A stretch of DNA of 61,775 nt, filler included, from Choristocarpus tenellus KU-1152 (lineage: Eukaryota > Protista > Phaeophyceae): assembly GCA_964200185.2 (NCBI GenBank). It is 14 parts of 14 records of this genome, joined end to end, with 100 filler letters (N's around TTAATTAATTAA, not from the genome) between each part and the next. Parts side by side here need not be neighbours in the genome. Positions count along the whole stretch, not along the records: positions 46,174 to 49,496 come from CAXNAD020020797.1; positions 49,597 to 52,746 come from CAXNAD020021955.1; positions 52,847 to 57,982 come from CAXNAD020011757.1; positions 58,083 to 61,775 come from CAXNAD020018476.1; 10 more parts are not named here. One strand, written 5' to 3'. Shown in pieces: positions 49,201 through 61,775 of the stretch (positions within the stretch are counted from its first letter, which is position 1; each line of letters starts with the position of its first letter). The notes under the pieces were generated by a model that saw nothing but the letters and a program-made list of their open reading frames with translations, did no database searches and was not told the origin of the DNA. Both the position numbers and the translations under genes were made by a program.

Positions 49201-52129
49201 TTTTTTCGTTACCAATATCAATGTCAAAGTTTAGCTTGACGCCGCCTCTGGTATGTACATTGGCCCCTACATACATATGATCACGAGATCGGCTCAACGT
49301 AGTAACTCCTTTGTGACTAACCTTGCTTTCTAAGCGTGCCAGAATTACACGATAATGACAGCCATTAAAGCCTAAAATATACACGAAGTACAAGCTTTTC
49401 ATCCATGTATAGAGTGAAACATGTGTTCGTTCTTCTTTGTCGACTTGGTAGGTTAGTTTTTTTGGTGGATGTGACCTAGCAATCCCTTTCTTGTACNNNN
49501 NNNNNNNNNNNNNNNNNNNNNNNNNNNNNNNNNNNNNNNNTTAATTAATTAANNNNNNNNNNNNNNNNNNNNNNNNNNNNNNNNNNNNNNNNNNNNGGGG
49601 GGGGTAAATGAATGTTTAGGCCCAGGCAACATGCCACAGCAAGCATCCATTGTCCAGGGAAAAGCTTTGGAGTATGTTCTGCGTAAAGCTTTTTTGTGAA
49701 CACAATGCTTGATTTGATCGTGGAGCACATTCGGCATTTTCGCATGCTGCCGTCGTCTTGATGGTCATGCCTTTGTTATCTGAAAAATTATCCGCCGTCC
49801 GGATGATGCCTAAAAATTGTGTTCTGGGTCGCTAGGGAGGTTAGTGAATTGTGTTTGCACATGCTCCATCTCCAAGGGGTATGTATACATCAGGCAGGTG
49901 CACCATCCTGTCAGTCCAGTGTTGCCTAATAATGAAAACAAACTTGGAAAAAAACGGCTATCCCATAGAAAGAGGGCGCTGCATCAATCACCGTAGGAAT
50001 GGAAAAAGCATTGTGAAAGCACGAATTTCCCCTACTTCCACGAATTTCCCCTACTTACCTCTGGTAGTTGTAAACCCGAATCAGAGACTGTGTAACAACG
50101 ATATGGGTTACGCCTTCCTTTTTTGGAAAAAAAAAAGCAAGGTGTGTGTGTAGTGTAGGGGTGAGGTACGTTGAAACCCATTCATCGACGGTATGGTTTT
50201 GAATCAGATGATAACACCAACCGTGACACCCAATGGATATGTTCAGAATACATATCGGTGCACATCCATGCACCGACACAAATAGGGTGGGGTGGGGTCA
50301 CAGGTTTAACTGCATCAAACACGTAACTCAGTTAGTTGAATCTATGGTTCAATGAAGAGGTGCTTGGTCTAGCAGCTGTTGGTGTGTGGATCGTTCAAGC
50401 GATCTTCGCGGGTGAGCCTGGCAGTGTCCTGTACCTTCAGAGGGCACGCAGCCCAAGCGATTCCGATGAGTGAGCATCCGGGGGGTATACCTCTGGGACG
50501 GTTCACTACCAGACACACAAATGTGTTGGTATACCTCTGGTGTGTGACCGTCCACGCACGGGGGAGATCACATCAGTCAACAAACGAGGTTGATAACGAG
50601 GGAGGAAGGAGGCGCCCTTGAAGGAAAGGACTATGTTTGTTCAACAAACCTGCAGCCGCCAATATGCTTGTTCTTACGATGGAGATGGACTATGGATTGG
50701 TCAGAGCCAGGGCAAATAGACATTAGAGATTTCCGCAACAGCAATTGCATGAGGAACACACGAGGGAGAAGTCATCATGTTCCAAAGTTGCTTTGTCATT
50801 CAATGTCCCCTACCACATCACCCCCCCCCCACCCCCCCACCTCTCCTTCNNNNNNNNNNTCCCGCAACAAAAATGGCAGGAGGAACAACCGGGGGAGAAG
50901 GCTTCATGTTCCAAATTTGTTTTTTCTTTCTATGCCCCCCCCCCCCCCCCCCCCCCCCCCAATCGTAATGGTGTTACAATTAACATTTTAGTTGTTTCTG
51001 TTACTATGAGCGTTGATACTAGTTCTATCGTTGCTGTATCAATTTTTATATTTTTATATTTTTACTACGCTTTCTACTAATAGGGAGCGTGTAAAAATAA
51101 ACCTGGACTTCAGTTGGGGCTACCTCTACTCCAGAAATTCCCTTGCAGGATGTAGTAAGATTCACCACCTCCTCCTCCTGTTCAAAAGTATGACATGGTG
51201 TAGGCCCTTACCTTATTTGAGTGATGCTGAATTCTCAGGGTCTGCTAAGTATATTATGAGTGCTCCTACTATTTCTATGAATTCTCACTACTACAATCTC
51301 TGTATGATTGTTACTACTATTTTGTAGTTCAAACTTTCATTGTGATTTTTTTCAAAGCATCTAACTAACTCACAATCGCCCACCCATCCATCCACCCACC
51401 GACCAATCCCAATCTGCTCATGTGCTCATTTCACTGTCATGTCTGTTCCGATGAAAATATGCCTGGCACCTGCTCTCTATCCCCACACCAGCTCTTCGCT
51501 ATTCTAGCCACACCCTCCAAGGACCAGAACAGCAAAGTATTTTCCAGGTCTACCAAGCAGTACGGTTCCCAGTCATCAGCATTGCAGTTCTAACTTCGAA
51601 AAATGGGGAAGCACAGGAGAAGGGCGGGGGGAGGGGGAGAATGCACGGCCAAGCCCAGAGCTCTGAACAACAGATCCCCTCTTGCGACCAGGGAAAACAG
51701 TGACACTTCTGAGGACCAAAAACAAAACAAAACAATACCACCCCACGATCTAGTACTCTGAGTAATATGGAACATTGGTCTCCTGGATCCTGGGCCATGT
51801 TTTTGTGTGCAATATCTCAGTTTTCCCCCGTCCCGTCCTGTCCCGTGTCAGTACCACGGGTGTCTGCATAGATAGTGTGACAAGTTCACTCCCGATTCTT
51901 TGCTTAGTTAGGTCTTCTGATCACATTATTTGGTGTGCGGCGATTTCTTTTCAGAACAGTTTTTGCTTGTTGTTTGTTTGTACATAGATATTTCGAAAGA
52001 GCCGTCATCGATGTAGCTTGCAACAACTGTGTTTGATGAATTGGACTCTTTTTTTTTTTCTTGGTCATTCTTTTTTTTTTTCTTGCACAATGGAAAAATA
52101 AATTGATGATTGTCAAGAGTCGCAACTCG

Positions 52130-52167
<38 letters not shown>

Positions 52168-52352
52168 TCTTGGAAACGGAGCTCCTCTTAAAAGGAAAAT
52201 TGGAGGTGCTTTAAGATTTGCAAAAACAGAGAAGATTTGCAGCGCCTTAGACAAAAAAAACTTCCAGTCAGTAGCACCCATCTCCCTGACTGCACCACAT
52301 ACTGTAAGGCCATTTCTGGTTTTGCATTGATCATCATCTGGCAGTTACTCAG

Positions 52353-52532
52353 GGCTCAAAGTGTCTGGAGGGGGGGGGGGGTTCTACACCAGGGTGTCCA
52401 TTCAGGCTCTGACCAGGAGAAGTGAACTTGCATTATCCATCCGATGCATGCAATCAAGTCACAAAAAAATCACGACATGGAAGAATGGGCCCCAAATGCA
52501 CAGCCGCCACCCCCCCCCAGATACTTTGAGCC
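52353..52532 (+). mobile_element. MITE family A, full length
   Basis: TIRs ggctcaaagtgtctgg...ccagatactttgagcc; TSD TCAG. Confidence 0.93.
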
Positions 52533-53227
52533 TCAGACCGCTAAGGTCTCTCCCCGCTGAGAGCAATTCTTGTTGAAGCACAGCAGCATGGATAGATTGT
52601 TTAGGATAGAATTCGTTGGAAATAGATAAGAGTATGCAGCAACAAACACAAAGGAGCATCTCAAAAAGCTCAAAGATCTTCACAGGCTCCATCCAACCAT
52701 CGTGTTGGGGTGATTTTTGAGTCAAAAGTATCTGGGGGGGGGGGGGNNNNNNNNNNNNNNNNNNNNNNNNNNNNNNNNNNNNNNNNNNNNTTAATTAATT
52801 AANNNNNNNNNNNNNNNNNNNNNNNNNNNNNNNNNNNNNNNNNNNNCCCCCAGATACTTCACTTCTCTACCCCTTCCCAACCTTGCCCATTGCTCTCACA
52901 AAAGGCCTCGAGCACACACCCTCATCATGTACCACAAGAAATGAAGAAAATGCATTCTTACCACAGAGTATCTCAGCACCGTACACTCCAAAGATTCTTA
53001 CCATAGATGCTGTAAAAATATAAGCACTTCAATATTGCTATCTCCTGGAGACAAAAATAATGATAAAAAAAAAAAATTATACCGGAGATGATACTAACTT
53101 CTTTTTTTTGCATGATGTATCACATCATACAGAGCTTACATTACTTTAAAAAATACAATTCTGACTACCCAAAGAACAATTTTTCTGAAAGGAAACAAAT
53201 ATGGAACATGGCATCCTTCAAGAGTAG

Positions 53228-53264
<37 letters not shown>

Positions 53265-54682
53265 GGTATTAATTTGTTAAGGATTATTATATATTCATTA
53301 TTTACTTCTGTAACTTACAGTGCAGCACTGCTCATCATAAACGACTATGCTCTGATCTCTCACCGCCAACGACCATTTTTTCTCCTGCTCCTTGGTGGTG
53401 AGGAACCGGTAAACTGGCGTCCGGCTGCTGCAGCTATCTACAAAATAATGAGAAGGAACATAACACCAGGGCACACACACACACACACACAACACCAAGG
53501 CATCACCAAGCATTTTAATGTTCAGTCAAGTCACCCAGTGAGGAACAAAGGCAATGGAGGAGGTACGGAGCAGATGAGGGAGGGATGGTGATGGAAAAGT
53601 GGAAAGAGAGAGTGTGGAAAAAATAGCCAGCGCTGTTAGGCAGGGGAGTGTGCGCGAGGGAGGGGGAAGGGGGTTGCAAAACATGTTGTGGGGATTGTTC
53701 AAATTGCGTGAGGTGAGCTTTGCAGGATGATGGTTTTATTATACTCGTTGAAACATCGTGAAGTACACATTCCAAGAGTAGTAACACCATAACAGGAGTA
53801 CAAGGGTAGAACGTGGACATCAACCAAAGGCACTGGATTTTGAAATTGATGTACGACATCCCACTCACTCATTGGCTACGAGGTCCAAAACACACTCTAT
53901 GGCACAACCAGGTTTATTGAATGGAGAAAGGGAGGTAGGTGAGGGGTAGGATTGCAGCAGTGGCAAAGAAAATGCGACAGCATGTTTCGTCGATGGAACG
54001 AGCGATTGGAATATCAAGTTAAAATCGAATAAAGAACGTGGGGCAACATTTTGAACAGAGCATTTGTGTGGCCGCAGAAAAGACATCAAGCGGAATCGAG
54101 CACAATAGTAACGTTTTTACGAAACAAAGTTGGTTGGAGAAACGCTATCACGTTCATAGTGACTGAAAGTGATAGATGCAAGAAGCGGAGAAAGCATGCT
54201 GTTACTAGGAAGCTCTTTCCACTAGTTGAGCAGGCTCCACGCTTGCATAGAGAGCCAAACCAATCTGGGCGCTATTGCTGTCTAAGTTATCTTTCTTACC
54301 CTATCCAATACACTCTGTTTCATTGCTTTAAGTGCACAATAGTGACGTAAAATTGATGCTCTCCCTTTCCACATCTTTCTTACCCTATCCAATACACTCT
54401 GTTTCATTGCTTTAAGTGCACATTAGTGACGTAAAATTGATGCTCTCCCTTTCCACACACAAAATGATACCACACTCCACTAGAGGCACATTCTGCGATT
54501 GTACAAAATGGCATCTGTTTGCCCTTTCTTGAGATCCTTCAAATGAAACCCTGCCTACCTCTTAGTTGGTTCGAATCAAAGTAACTCACATCATGAGTCG
54601 TGCATAGTGTGCACCCTACACTTAACACAAAGCTCTACTTCATTTCAATATAGCCTCATCTGCGTCGATCCTGGCACTGTAC

Positions 54683-54846
54683 CTGCATCTGCGATGGCTC
54701 GCCTACCATTTATGTCACTGGGGATGTCCACCTTTCCCATTGCACCATGAGTACGCTCCCAGAGGCAAAAGGCAAGCACTGCCCGCTGCCTGTCAGTACA
54801 AGACACCTCAACTAAGTCCCACACATCGAGGAAAGCCGCTACTTGC
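54683..54846 (-). CDS. Possible exon with an F-box-like motif, divergent from ARP1
   Basis: aag|QVAAFLDVWDLVEVSCTDR...LWER...|gtacag; upstream exons not resolved. Confidence 0.3.
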
Positions 54847-55487
54847 CTTGAGTGGGAAGGGAGAGTGCATGGAGAAACGCAAAGGGCGCAAAGAATGAGA
54901 TAGAGAGATACCTTTATTGCTCAACGTTTCTGGTCAAGGGACGTCGCCTGCCAATCAACAAAGAGCAAAAGAAGAGGATGTGTTGGTGCCACGTTGCAAG
55001 GATGGTTTAAGTAATCGAAGTAGAATCACATACAACTATGGACATTAATTTGTATTGCCCTCTTTGCACTTCATGTTCCCCACGGGCACCTGAAGAGACT
55101 GTAGGGAAGCACAGCCAACGTCGTCATTCGTAACAGAGGTGGAATGTGGTGATTTGATCGTTTGTGGTATGTTCATCATATACGTTTAGTGTCCAGGAGT
55201 TTCACCGGTCTGAATCGGAAAAAGGCGTTATTGTTGCACAAAACAATACGATCTTCACAATACACTTTAGTCGTTCCTTAATACCAAGGTCGAAGAGCTG
55301 AAAAGGTCAACCTTGTTTCCTCCACTCAAAGATATCTTTGGAGAAAGTCCGAAGAAGTCACTCTTCCCACGTCCCTTGTCATATCATCTCCTTTTTCTTG
55401 GTGATAAACAATTCGAAGATTTGGGGCCTGGGGTCACCACTCTATCTTTGATCGTTGATTGGGTTTGGAGGGAGGCCCTTGAACGAG

Positions 55488-56592
55488 ATGGCGGAAGTGT
55501 TGAATCAGCCTGTTGTTATCGATAATGGCACGGGTATCATCAAGGCGGGGTTTGCGGGGGCAGACAAACCCAAGGTGCGGCATTGTTAGCACCATGGGAC
55601 AAAGGGTCAAGGTGGTGAACTATCTCATCACTCTGTGTCCCCGTCAATTTTTTGATGAGTACAGTGGATAGGCTGCTTGTGTGTGTGCGATTGTAAATTA
55701 GCGCCTTGCGGAGTTTACACTAAAATTGGGTCAACTGGCGTGAATGGAGAATGTGTTGGAGATAGAGAAGCTGCAAATATCGATTCTAATTGTCGCTCTA
55801 GCTGAAGAAATCCCTACCAACCCCTCCGAATTTGCAATTTTTATGTGAGCCGAGGAAGATAACTCCTCCTGTGAACCACTTCCTTCTAAGCGACTACCTT
55901 GGAATAGAATTGCAAGGGTGTTCTCTGTCATCACAGTATGGCTTCCGTCGGATATGGTTCTGGAGAAGATTGTGCACGAGAAACTTATGAACTGCATTGC
56001 CTTGTGTAGCTAGGTGTGCCACCTTTAGTGCGTACACACACTCTCTCCCATTCCTCTTTACTATGTAACCAAGAAATTCACATTGGCCCTCTTCCGAAGG
56101 TTGGTTCTGTCGACTGATATGGCGTGCAAAAGCGGAAGAGATGACGCATTTGTTCCAACTGCCAAGTACATACGACCTCCCCCACTCCCTGCTCATCAGT
56201 TGTCGATCCCTTCTTCCATTATTTGGAATCTTTGTACCTGGCTCATGTGGTTATGAGAGACATTTCGACATTCCACAACGATCGATCATTGTCCGATATC
56301 ACCCCCCATCATTGCTCAAAACAGGGGACACCACTCCCTTCGCACCACTTGTATGTAGGAACTCTGTAAATGTTGAATTACCAAGCTGTTCCCACTTGCT
56401 GGAACCAACACCTGATTAGCAACCCCCACTCCAATTTGTGGGCCGGTCCCCTGCTAACCATTCCCCACCCCGGTGTCAACCTTTGTGCTGCTTTTATAAC
56501 AGGTAATATTCGCTAGCCATGTAGGACGGCCCAAGCACAAGAGGGCCATGATCGGGGGTACATTGGACGGAGACGTTTTCTTAGGCAAAAAG
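55488..56592 (+). CDS. ARP1: Actin-related protein 1 (centractin), exons 55488-55574 and 56503-56592; partial
   Basis: MAEVLNQPVVIDNGTGIIKAGFAGADKPK / VIFASHVGRPKHKRAMIGGTLDGDVFLGKK; NQPVVIDNG and GRPKHxRxMxG are Arp1-type. Confidence 0.9.
55900..56330 (-). mobile_element. Highly decayed LINE RT-like remnant in ARP1 intron 1
   Basis: Weak resemblance only: RDR...K...SEEGQCEF...R...YALK. Confidence 0.3.
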
Positions 56593-57856
56593 GTGAGCGA
56601 AAGAGAGGGCAAGGACAGGGTCAGAACAGTGGTTAAGGTTTGAAAAAAGAGAACTTGTCGGGAACCAAAAGGATGGAACCTTTTCTGGTTGAGATGGCCA
56701 TAAAAAGACCAACAGCAAAGGCTTGTTCTAAGGCTAAGTCTGGGGCAAGAAGGAAAGGGGGTTGGGGAAGGAGCATTGTGGGAGGCGAGGATTATCAGTG
56801 TATGTCAAACAAGGGAGGTCAGATATTGGGTGGTGCCTGCTGCTGACGCTGCTGCTGTGCCTGTGAGCTAACTAGCTAGCTAACAAATGGTTAATGGAGG
56901 CCTATAGAGAAAGGCACAGCTGATGCATTTACAGATTACCAGCACTTGAGAGAAGGAAGGTGTGACTGTCAGGAGCCTTTGGTGGGAGGAGGGGGGGGTA
57001 CACAGCCAGCACTAGGTTGGCACCAGTGGGAAATCAGGATTGTGGTTGAGGGTTTGTTTCTAAGTTTGTATGATTTAGCAATGTCAATCTTCTGTATCGT
57101 GACTGAAGAATCATTCTGTAGTCTTTTATTGAAAGGTACAGGAGGTTGATGTTCTGGTCATTTTGAGAGGCAGTTGCACATCAGGACAATGTTGATTCTT
57201 CTCTAGAATTTACTGGAGTTTTCAGAAGCAATGAGTTCAGGAGGGCTGAGGCTAATGTGGTGTATGTGTAGAAAGGCTGGGGCGAGAGTCTTGCTGGAAC
57301 GTGTCCAGGTGACATCCTGAAATGAGCAGAAGGGGACAGGGGATAACACTGAAGCTCATTGTTCGAAGCAAAATACTTTGCTGATCGGTTAGTTGCTGAA
57401 AGTGTTGCAAATGGTTAATGGTGGATATGTATCTTTAAAAGGTACTCAGCCGTTTGTGTGCATCTGTAGTATATGGTGAAGGGTCGACTCAGTGTTGTGG
57501 TGGCTGGAGGAAAGGGCAATTCACAGCTCTGGAGCGCTATTGAAGGCCACAGCAAGATTCTCGGTTTTTGCGGATTTTCTTCACTGTTGCTATTGCATGG
57601 AATTTCCTGGAGACTTACCGAGCAAATATAGATTACCCTGGAGGGTTCTGGTTGGAGTGACCTCCTGGCTGTTTGAAAGTGTTAACTATTTCTGCCACTA
57701 CTGTGTGTTGTGGAGCTATGAATATGCTCGGGAGTACTGTTAGTGAAGAAGCAGGACCTGAGATTCGTTCACCAGCAAAGTGGGAAGGGTGGGTCACTAC
57801 ATTTTTTAACTCAGTGTGTAACGATCATCTGTAATTTATGCCCACCACTGGGATTC

Positions 57857-57961
57857 ATATGTGGTAAGGGGGCATAGGTGTAGATAGTGCCATATGTGGT
57901 AAGGAGGCATAGGTGTAGATAGTGCCATATGTGGTAAGGGGGCATAGGTGTAGATAGTGCC
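57857..57961. repeat. 35-bp tandem repeat, 3 copies
   Basis: catatgtggtaaggRggcataggtgtagatagtgc. Confidence 0.95.
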
Positions 57962-58086
57962 CCACCGTCTGGTTTGTTTCTCNNNNNNNNNNNNNNNNNN
58001 NNNNNNNNNNNNNNNNNNNNNNNNNNTTAATTAATTAANNNNNNNNNNNNNNNNNNNNNNNNNNNNNNNNNNNNNNNNNNNNACGA

Positions 58087-58395
58087 GAAATCAGTGGCGA
58101 AAGGGGTTCGCCCGGGTGGTCATCGGATGGAAGGGGTGACTGGAAATCAGTGGCAAAAGGGGTTTGCCCTGGTTGGTCATCAGAGTTGGGGTGGCTGGAA
58201 ATCAGTGGCGAAAGGGGTTTGCCCTGGTTGGTCATCAGAGTTGGAGTGACTGGAAATCAGTGGCGAAAGGGGTTTGCCCTGGTTGGTCTTCAGAGTTGGG
58301 GTGGCTGGAAATCAGTGGCAAAAGGGGTTTGCCCTGGTTGGTCATCGGAGTTGGGGTGGCTGGAAATCAGTGGCAAAGGGGTTTTGCCCTGGTCA
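58087..58395. repeat. 55-bp minisatellite, about 5.6 copies
   Basis: gaaatcagtggc at 58087, 58143, 58198, 58253, 58308, 58363. Confidence 0.95.
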
Positions 58396-58534
58396 CAAGG
58401 GGGGTTAGAATAGGGAGAGGAGAGGATTAGGGAGGAATGCAAAAATAGAAAATAAAAGAAGAAGAATAATCCAGAATTCGTGAGCAAAACAAAATCATTC
58501 TCAATCCTATCTTTGACACAATATTCAACTTCAT

Positions 58535-58743
58535 CTTAGCCATAAAAAACAGGTTTTAATAATTGAGATGAAGTACACCAAAGAACAGGTCCTATGAAAG
58601 ATAAAAGCCTAAAAGATACAAATGCATTTAAAAGCCAAGAAGCATTAGATCAAGCAAAAATTTATTCGGAGCTAATTCCTAATAACGCAATAGATGATTA
58701 CATGCAAATATTCTGTGGTATCAGCATTTCTACAGAGCAAGAT
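58535..58743 (+). pseudogene. Bacterial-type PD-(D/E)XK nuclease-domain fragment (C-terminus of AAA-ATPase/PDDEXK_9-like proteins)
   Basis: LSHKKQVLIIEMKY [frameshift] SQEALDQAKIYSELI...IFCGISISTEQD; AT-rich and intronless. Confidence 0.6.
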
Positions 58744-58747
58744 AGAA

Positions 58748-58903
58748 AATTTTGCTGGTGGAAGCATAGCTTTTGAAGTAGAAAATTTAGATTCAATGCT
58801 TAATAATTGAAAAAACAAAATGTAGTAGTTGCAGTAGATAAAATAGTAACTCCTGGAGTATGTAACTTAGCTGTAATTTTGGATACTGAAGGAAACAGAG
58901 TGT
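58748..58903 (+). pseudogene. Bacterial VOC/glyoxalase-family C-terminal fragment
   Basis: FAGGSIAFEVENLDSMLNN [1-nt frameshift] LKKQNVVVAVDKIVTPGVCNLAVILDTEGNRV; IAFEVxxLD and DxEGN are VOC signature motifs. Confidence 0.75.
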
Positions 58904-59180
58904 TTCGAAAGTTCTATTGAGAAGTTACTACAAACACTTTGTGAAAATGGGAAAAGTACACGATTGGTCGGTTCTCGATTGGATTAATCTTGACGTGACT
59001 TTTTGTGTAACAAGTTCATGGTCATTCAATTTCTCAACAGTAGTCTAACCTACATATATATATCGAATAAATTTGAAGTCCTCTGTGTGACCTCGCGATG
59101 TATCTACTTCAAACAACTCATTCGTTGCCTTCAAACTCAGACATTAGATCTGACATCTCTTGTCCACAACCTGTTGGAAG

Positions 59181-61399
59181 ATGAGGTTTTGGAAACGCTT
59201 AGGCGGTGAATCTATGCTCGTCATCTGTGGAGTCTTCTCTGTACACGCCTCGTACACGAACTTCCTTCCTGTGGTGCACCCGTTCAATGAAAGCCATGCC
59301 TTTCGTCAAAATTGGTGCTCAGAATCTGATGCCGTGAATGTCGGGGAGGTGAGGATCGTCCAAGTTAATTGCACTCGGCGCTGGTCTGTCCTGAATTGCT
59401 GATCCAGTTTATCCGTGTACTTTTTTCACGACCGGAAATATGAGAGGTTGAAATAACCTCTGGAGAGAGTCGTCTAGGGTTCTCTTTCATCCTCCAAATT
59501 TCCAAACTTTTCCCCTATATCGATTCAAGTGATCGAGTGGGAAATTAGTTGTGCCGTTTGATCTTTGGGAAGGTTCATGATTGTTACACCCCTTAGCTGT
59601 GTCGAGACTGAGGTACAGCGAACATCTATGTGACGTGCTTGATAGGGGCACGAGTAACAAGCATACTCGCTGCGAACTGTTTCCCTCACATTATTAAAAC
59701 CTCTCAATATTATTAGTGCACAAAAAAGGTGTGTGCAAAGATGGAGAGAGACAGTAACGTGACGATGTGATGAACATTGACCACGCCCTGTGGTTAAAAC
59801 GATCCACCCCCACCCTAGCTTCAATGCCTTTCTCCAACTACTTCGTTGATCGATACATGCAAAAAATGCCCAGCTTGCAGTGGCTGACGCTCTTCGGGGG
59901 AAGAATGTTACAGTGGCGATGATAAGAGATTATTACGACCCCACACAAATGAAGTACGACGAAGAGGAGGACGAGTTTGTCAGCGGCTTCTTTCTTGACG
60001 TCATCAGCGCAGTGGCGTTGGAGGGAGGATTTAAGGTATGAGAGGGTCTACTCAGAGGGTAGAGTGTGGCCCTCATTGCTCCGCTTTATCACCTTTCCAG
60101 ATACTTTCTTCACGATATTATAATATGAGCATTATTTGTTGGTCAATCTTTTGGTAGAGTCCCATACCCCCTCCCACCCCTTAGTTTACACTAAGCTCCT
60201 AACAATTGGAACATCTTTTCACCCAAGAGGAAATAGTGCTCTGCAAGGAGACTTGAATCTCGTGATTTAGAATATGATGGAAGATGTTAACGCATTGTTT
60301 ATTTGTTGCCATGACGTGATGCCTGCAAGGGACCGAGGGGGTGCGGAGTCTTCCATGTGAAAGGTCCCCTCATCCTGTCACACCATAGAGGAGACAAAAA
60401 TTGCCCTAGATTCTTGGGCGCAGTACCACCTAGGTGAAGAGTGCTTGCTTATACTTGTATAAACCTTTTATTATGGAAGGAATATAGCGCAGGAAGAAGT
60501 ATGACAAGAAACATGATCGAATCAATGACCTGCAGATCAGAAACAGGTCCAATCACTTCAACTTTTAATACCGAATGAAAACGATAATAAATTGGTACGT
60601 ATCATATAGCGCATGTTTTAACAGTGCCCTTCCTCCCCTCCTTGTCCTGCAGTCCTACCGTATATTTTCCTTTCTCTTAATTTGGATATCCTATCAAATC
60701 CTAACAAAGCTGTTCTAAGCTAAGGTAAGTAAATATCGATGACTCGCTACTGCTGCACCAATTGGTCTCTCCTAGTACTTTTTTACACTGCAGATTTCGT
60801 CATGAAAAATGAAGAGAAGACAAGGCACCCTCCAAACAAGCCATGCCTTCCTGACTTGCCCATAGAGTAGATGTTACCTACTACAAAGGCTTTTAAGTGT
60901 TCCCTCTGCAGGCATGAAGAGATGATGTAGGACGCAGGTAATAGCTTTCCGTGTTACTGGAAACCGCTTCTTTTTTGTGCAACATTCCCTCATGAGATAA
61001 AACAAATAATTCTTGCATCCCCATGGTGTTATAAACCCTTGAGATATATTATAAAACACAAATTTCGTTCCTGCAGTAAACCGATAGTCCCTCTAATGGG
61101 GTGCACCTCCAAATAGTATCCTTCAAACAGTGCAGTTAAGGTACGTACATAATTGAGGAAATTCTGAGTTTCACCTAGTTAAACATTGAATTGAAACAGG
61201 TAGGAGAAGCGCAATTGAAGTTATTGTGTATCATTTGTGCACAAAATGGATATATGCCTCCCTTTCCCCACAGGTCATCCCCATTGCTCTGGAAAGTGCG
61301 GATGTAGGAGGTGGAGAGACATGGACAGATTGGCTGCTTGATGCCTTTCCACGGGTAGACATTGTATCAGTGTGGTTCGCAGATACAGCAAGTCGGAGG
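59181..61399 (+). CDS. Glutamate receptor-like / solute-binding-domain protein, 5' part; exons 59181-59348, 59874-60035, 61274-61399
   Basis: Signal-peptide-like start, RQNWC...LAVADALRGKNVTV...SGFFLDVISAVALEGGFK...TWTDWLL...VDIVSVWFADTASRR, resembling the iGluR S1 lobe (GFxIDxxxxxA; D...TxxR); phase-0 GT-AG junctions. Confidence 0.65.
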
Positions 61400-61775
61400 G
61401 TGTCTGGGGCTTTGTTTCCCTTTTGGTGTGAGTAACAGCTCTTTCTCCTAATCAACCTTTCCACTAGCCTTTTCTGTGGTAAGCCCATCAACTTTGTTAC
61501 CACATGCGTCTGCATTATGTGGTTGTAATCGGTTGGTGGATATTTACTTGCTGTTGGTTGGCTACTCAGATGAAGTATATTTTATATGCGAATGGGTAAG
61601 TAAGGGAGCAGTGGATATCTCTTTGGTATTTGAAATAGTTTTTCCTCAAACTATTTCCGTTAAAAGAATGACTAACCTATATTGGATGCTGTGCATGCTT
61701 TGCTATGGGTCAAAGTATCTGGGGGGGGGGGTGTTGGCGTCCGTTTTTCACCCTTTTTTCGATTTTCACTTTTTT

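Noticed and set aside
55488-56592. Conventional actin
   Set aside because: GRPKHKRAMIGG and NQPVVIDNG fit Arp1, not actin's GRPRHQGVMVGM.
58087-58395. CRISPR-like array (also 57857-57961 and 23072-23188)
   Set aside because: Units are contiguous tandem copies without unique spacers; eukaryotic context and no cas genes.

Overview
Eukaryotic nuclear DNA. The window is not one locus: it is 14 short contigs joined by 13 artificial 100-nt linkers (N44-TTAATTAATTAA-N44). Short exons, long introns, interstitial (CCCTAA)n and gene content suggest a brown alga or related ochrophyte (inference). Spliced host-gene fragments: cytosolic aspartyl-tRNA synthetase (5 exons), RAD50 (exons 1-3), centractin ARP1 (exons 1-2), a glutamate-receptor-like protein (3 exons), an RGS-domain exon and several orphans. 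The dominant feature is about 30 copies or fragments of short TIR elements in four families with related GRSY(C/G)AAAGT termini. Ten copies of the two main families (A, B) have perfect 4-bp target-site duplications. A spliced, frameshifted Sola-superfamily transposase is also present and is a candidate mobiliser. The A/B TIRs place a GT donor and an AG acceptor so that splicing in either orientation would leave 24 nt, an introner-like geometry (hypothesis). Also present: mariner, PIF/Harbinger, RTE-like and CRE-like remnants, and an AT-rich patch with two frameshifted bacterial-type gene fragments (PD-(D/E)XK-like and VOC/glyoxalase-like) just upstream of the receptor gene. All identifications come from manual reading and motif recall, not database searches.
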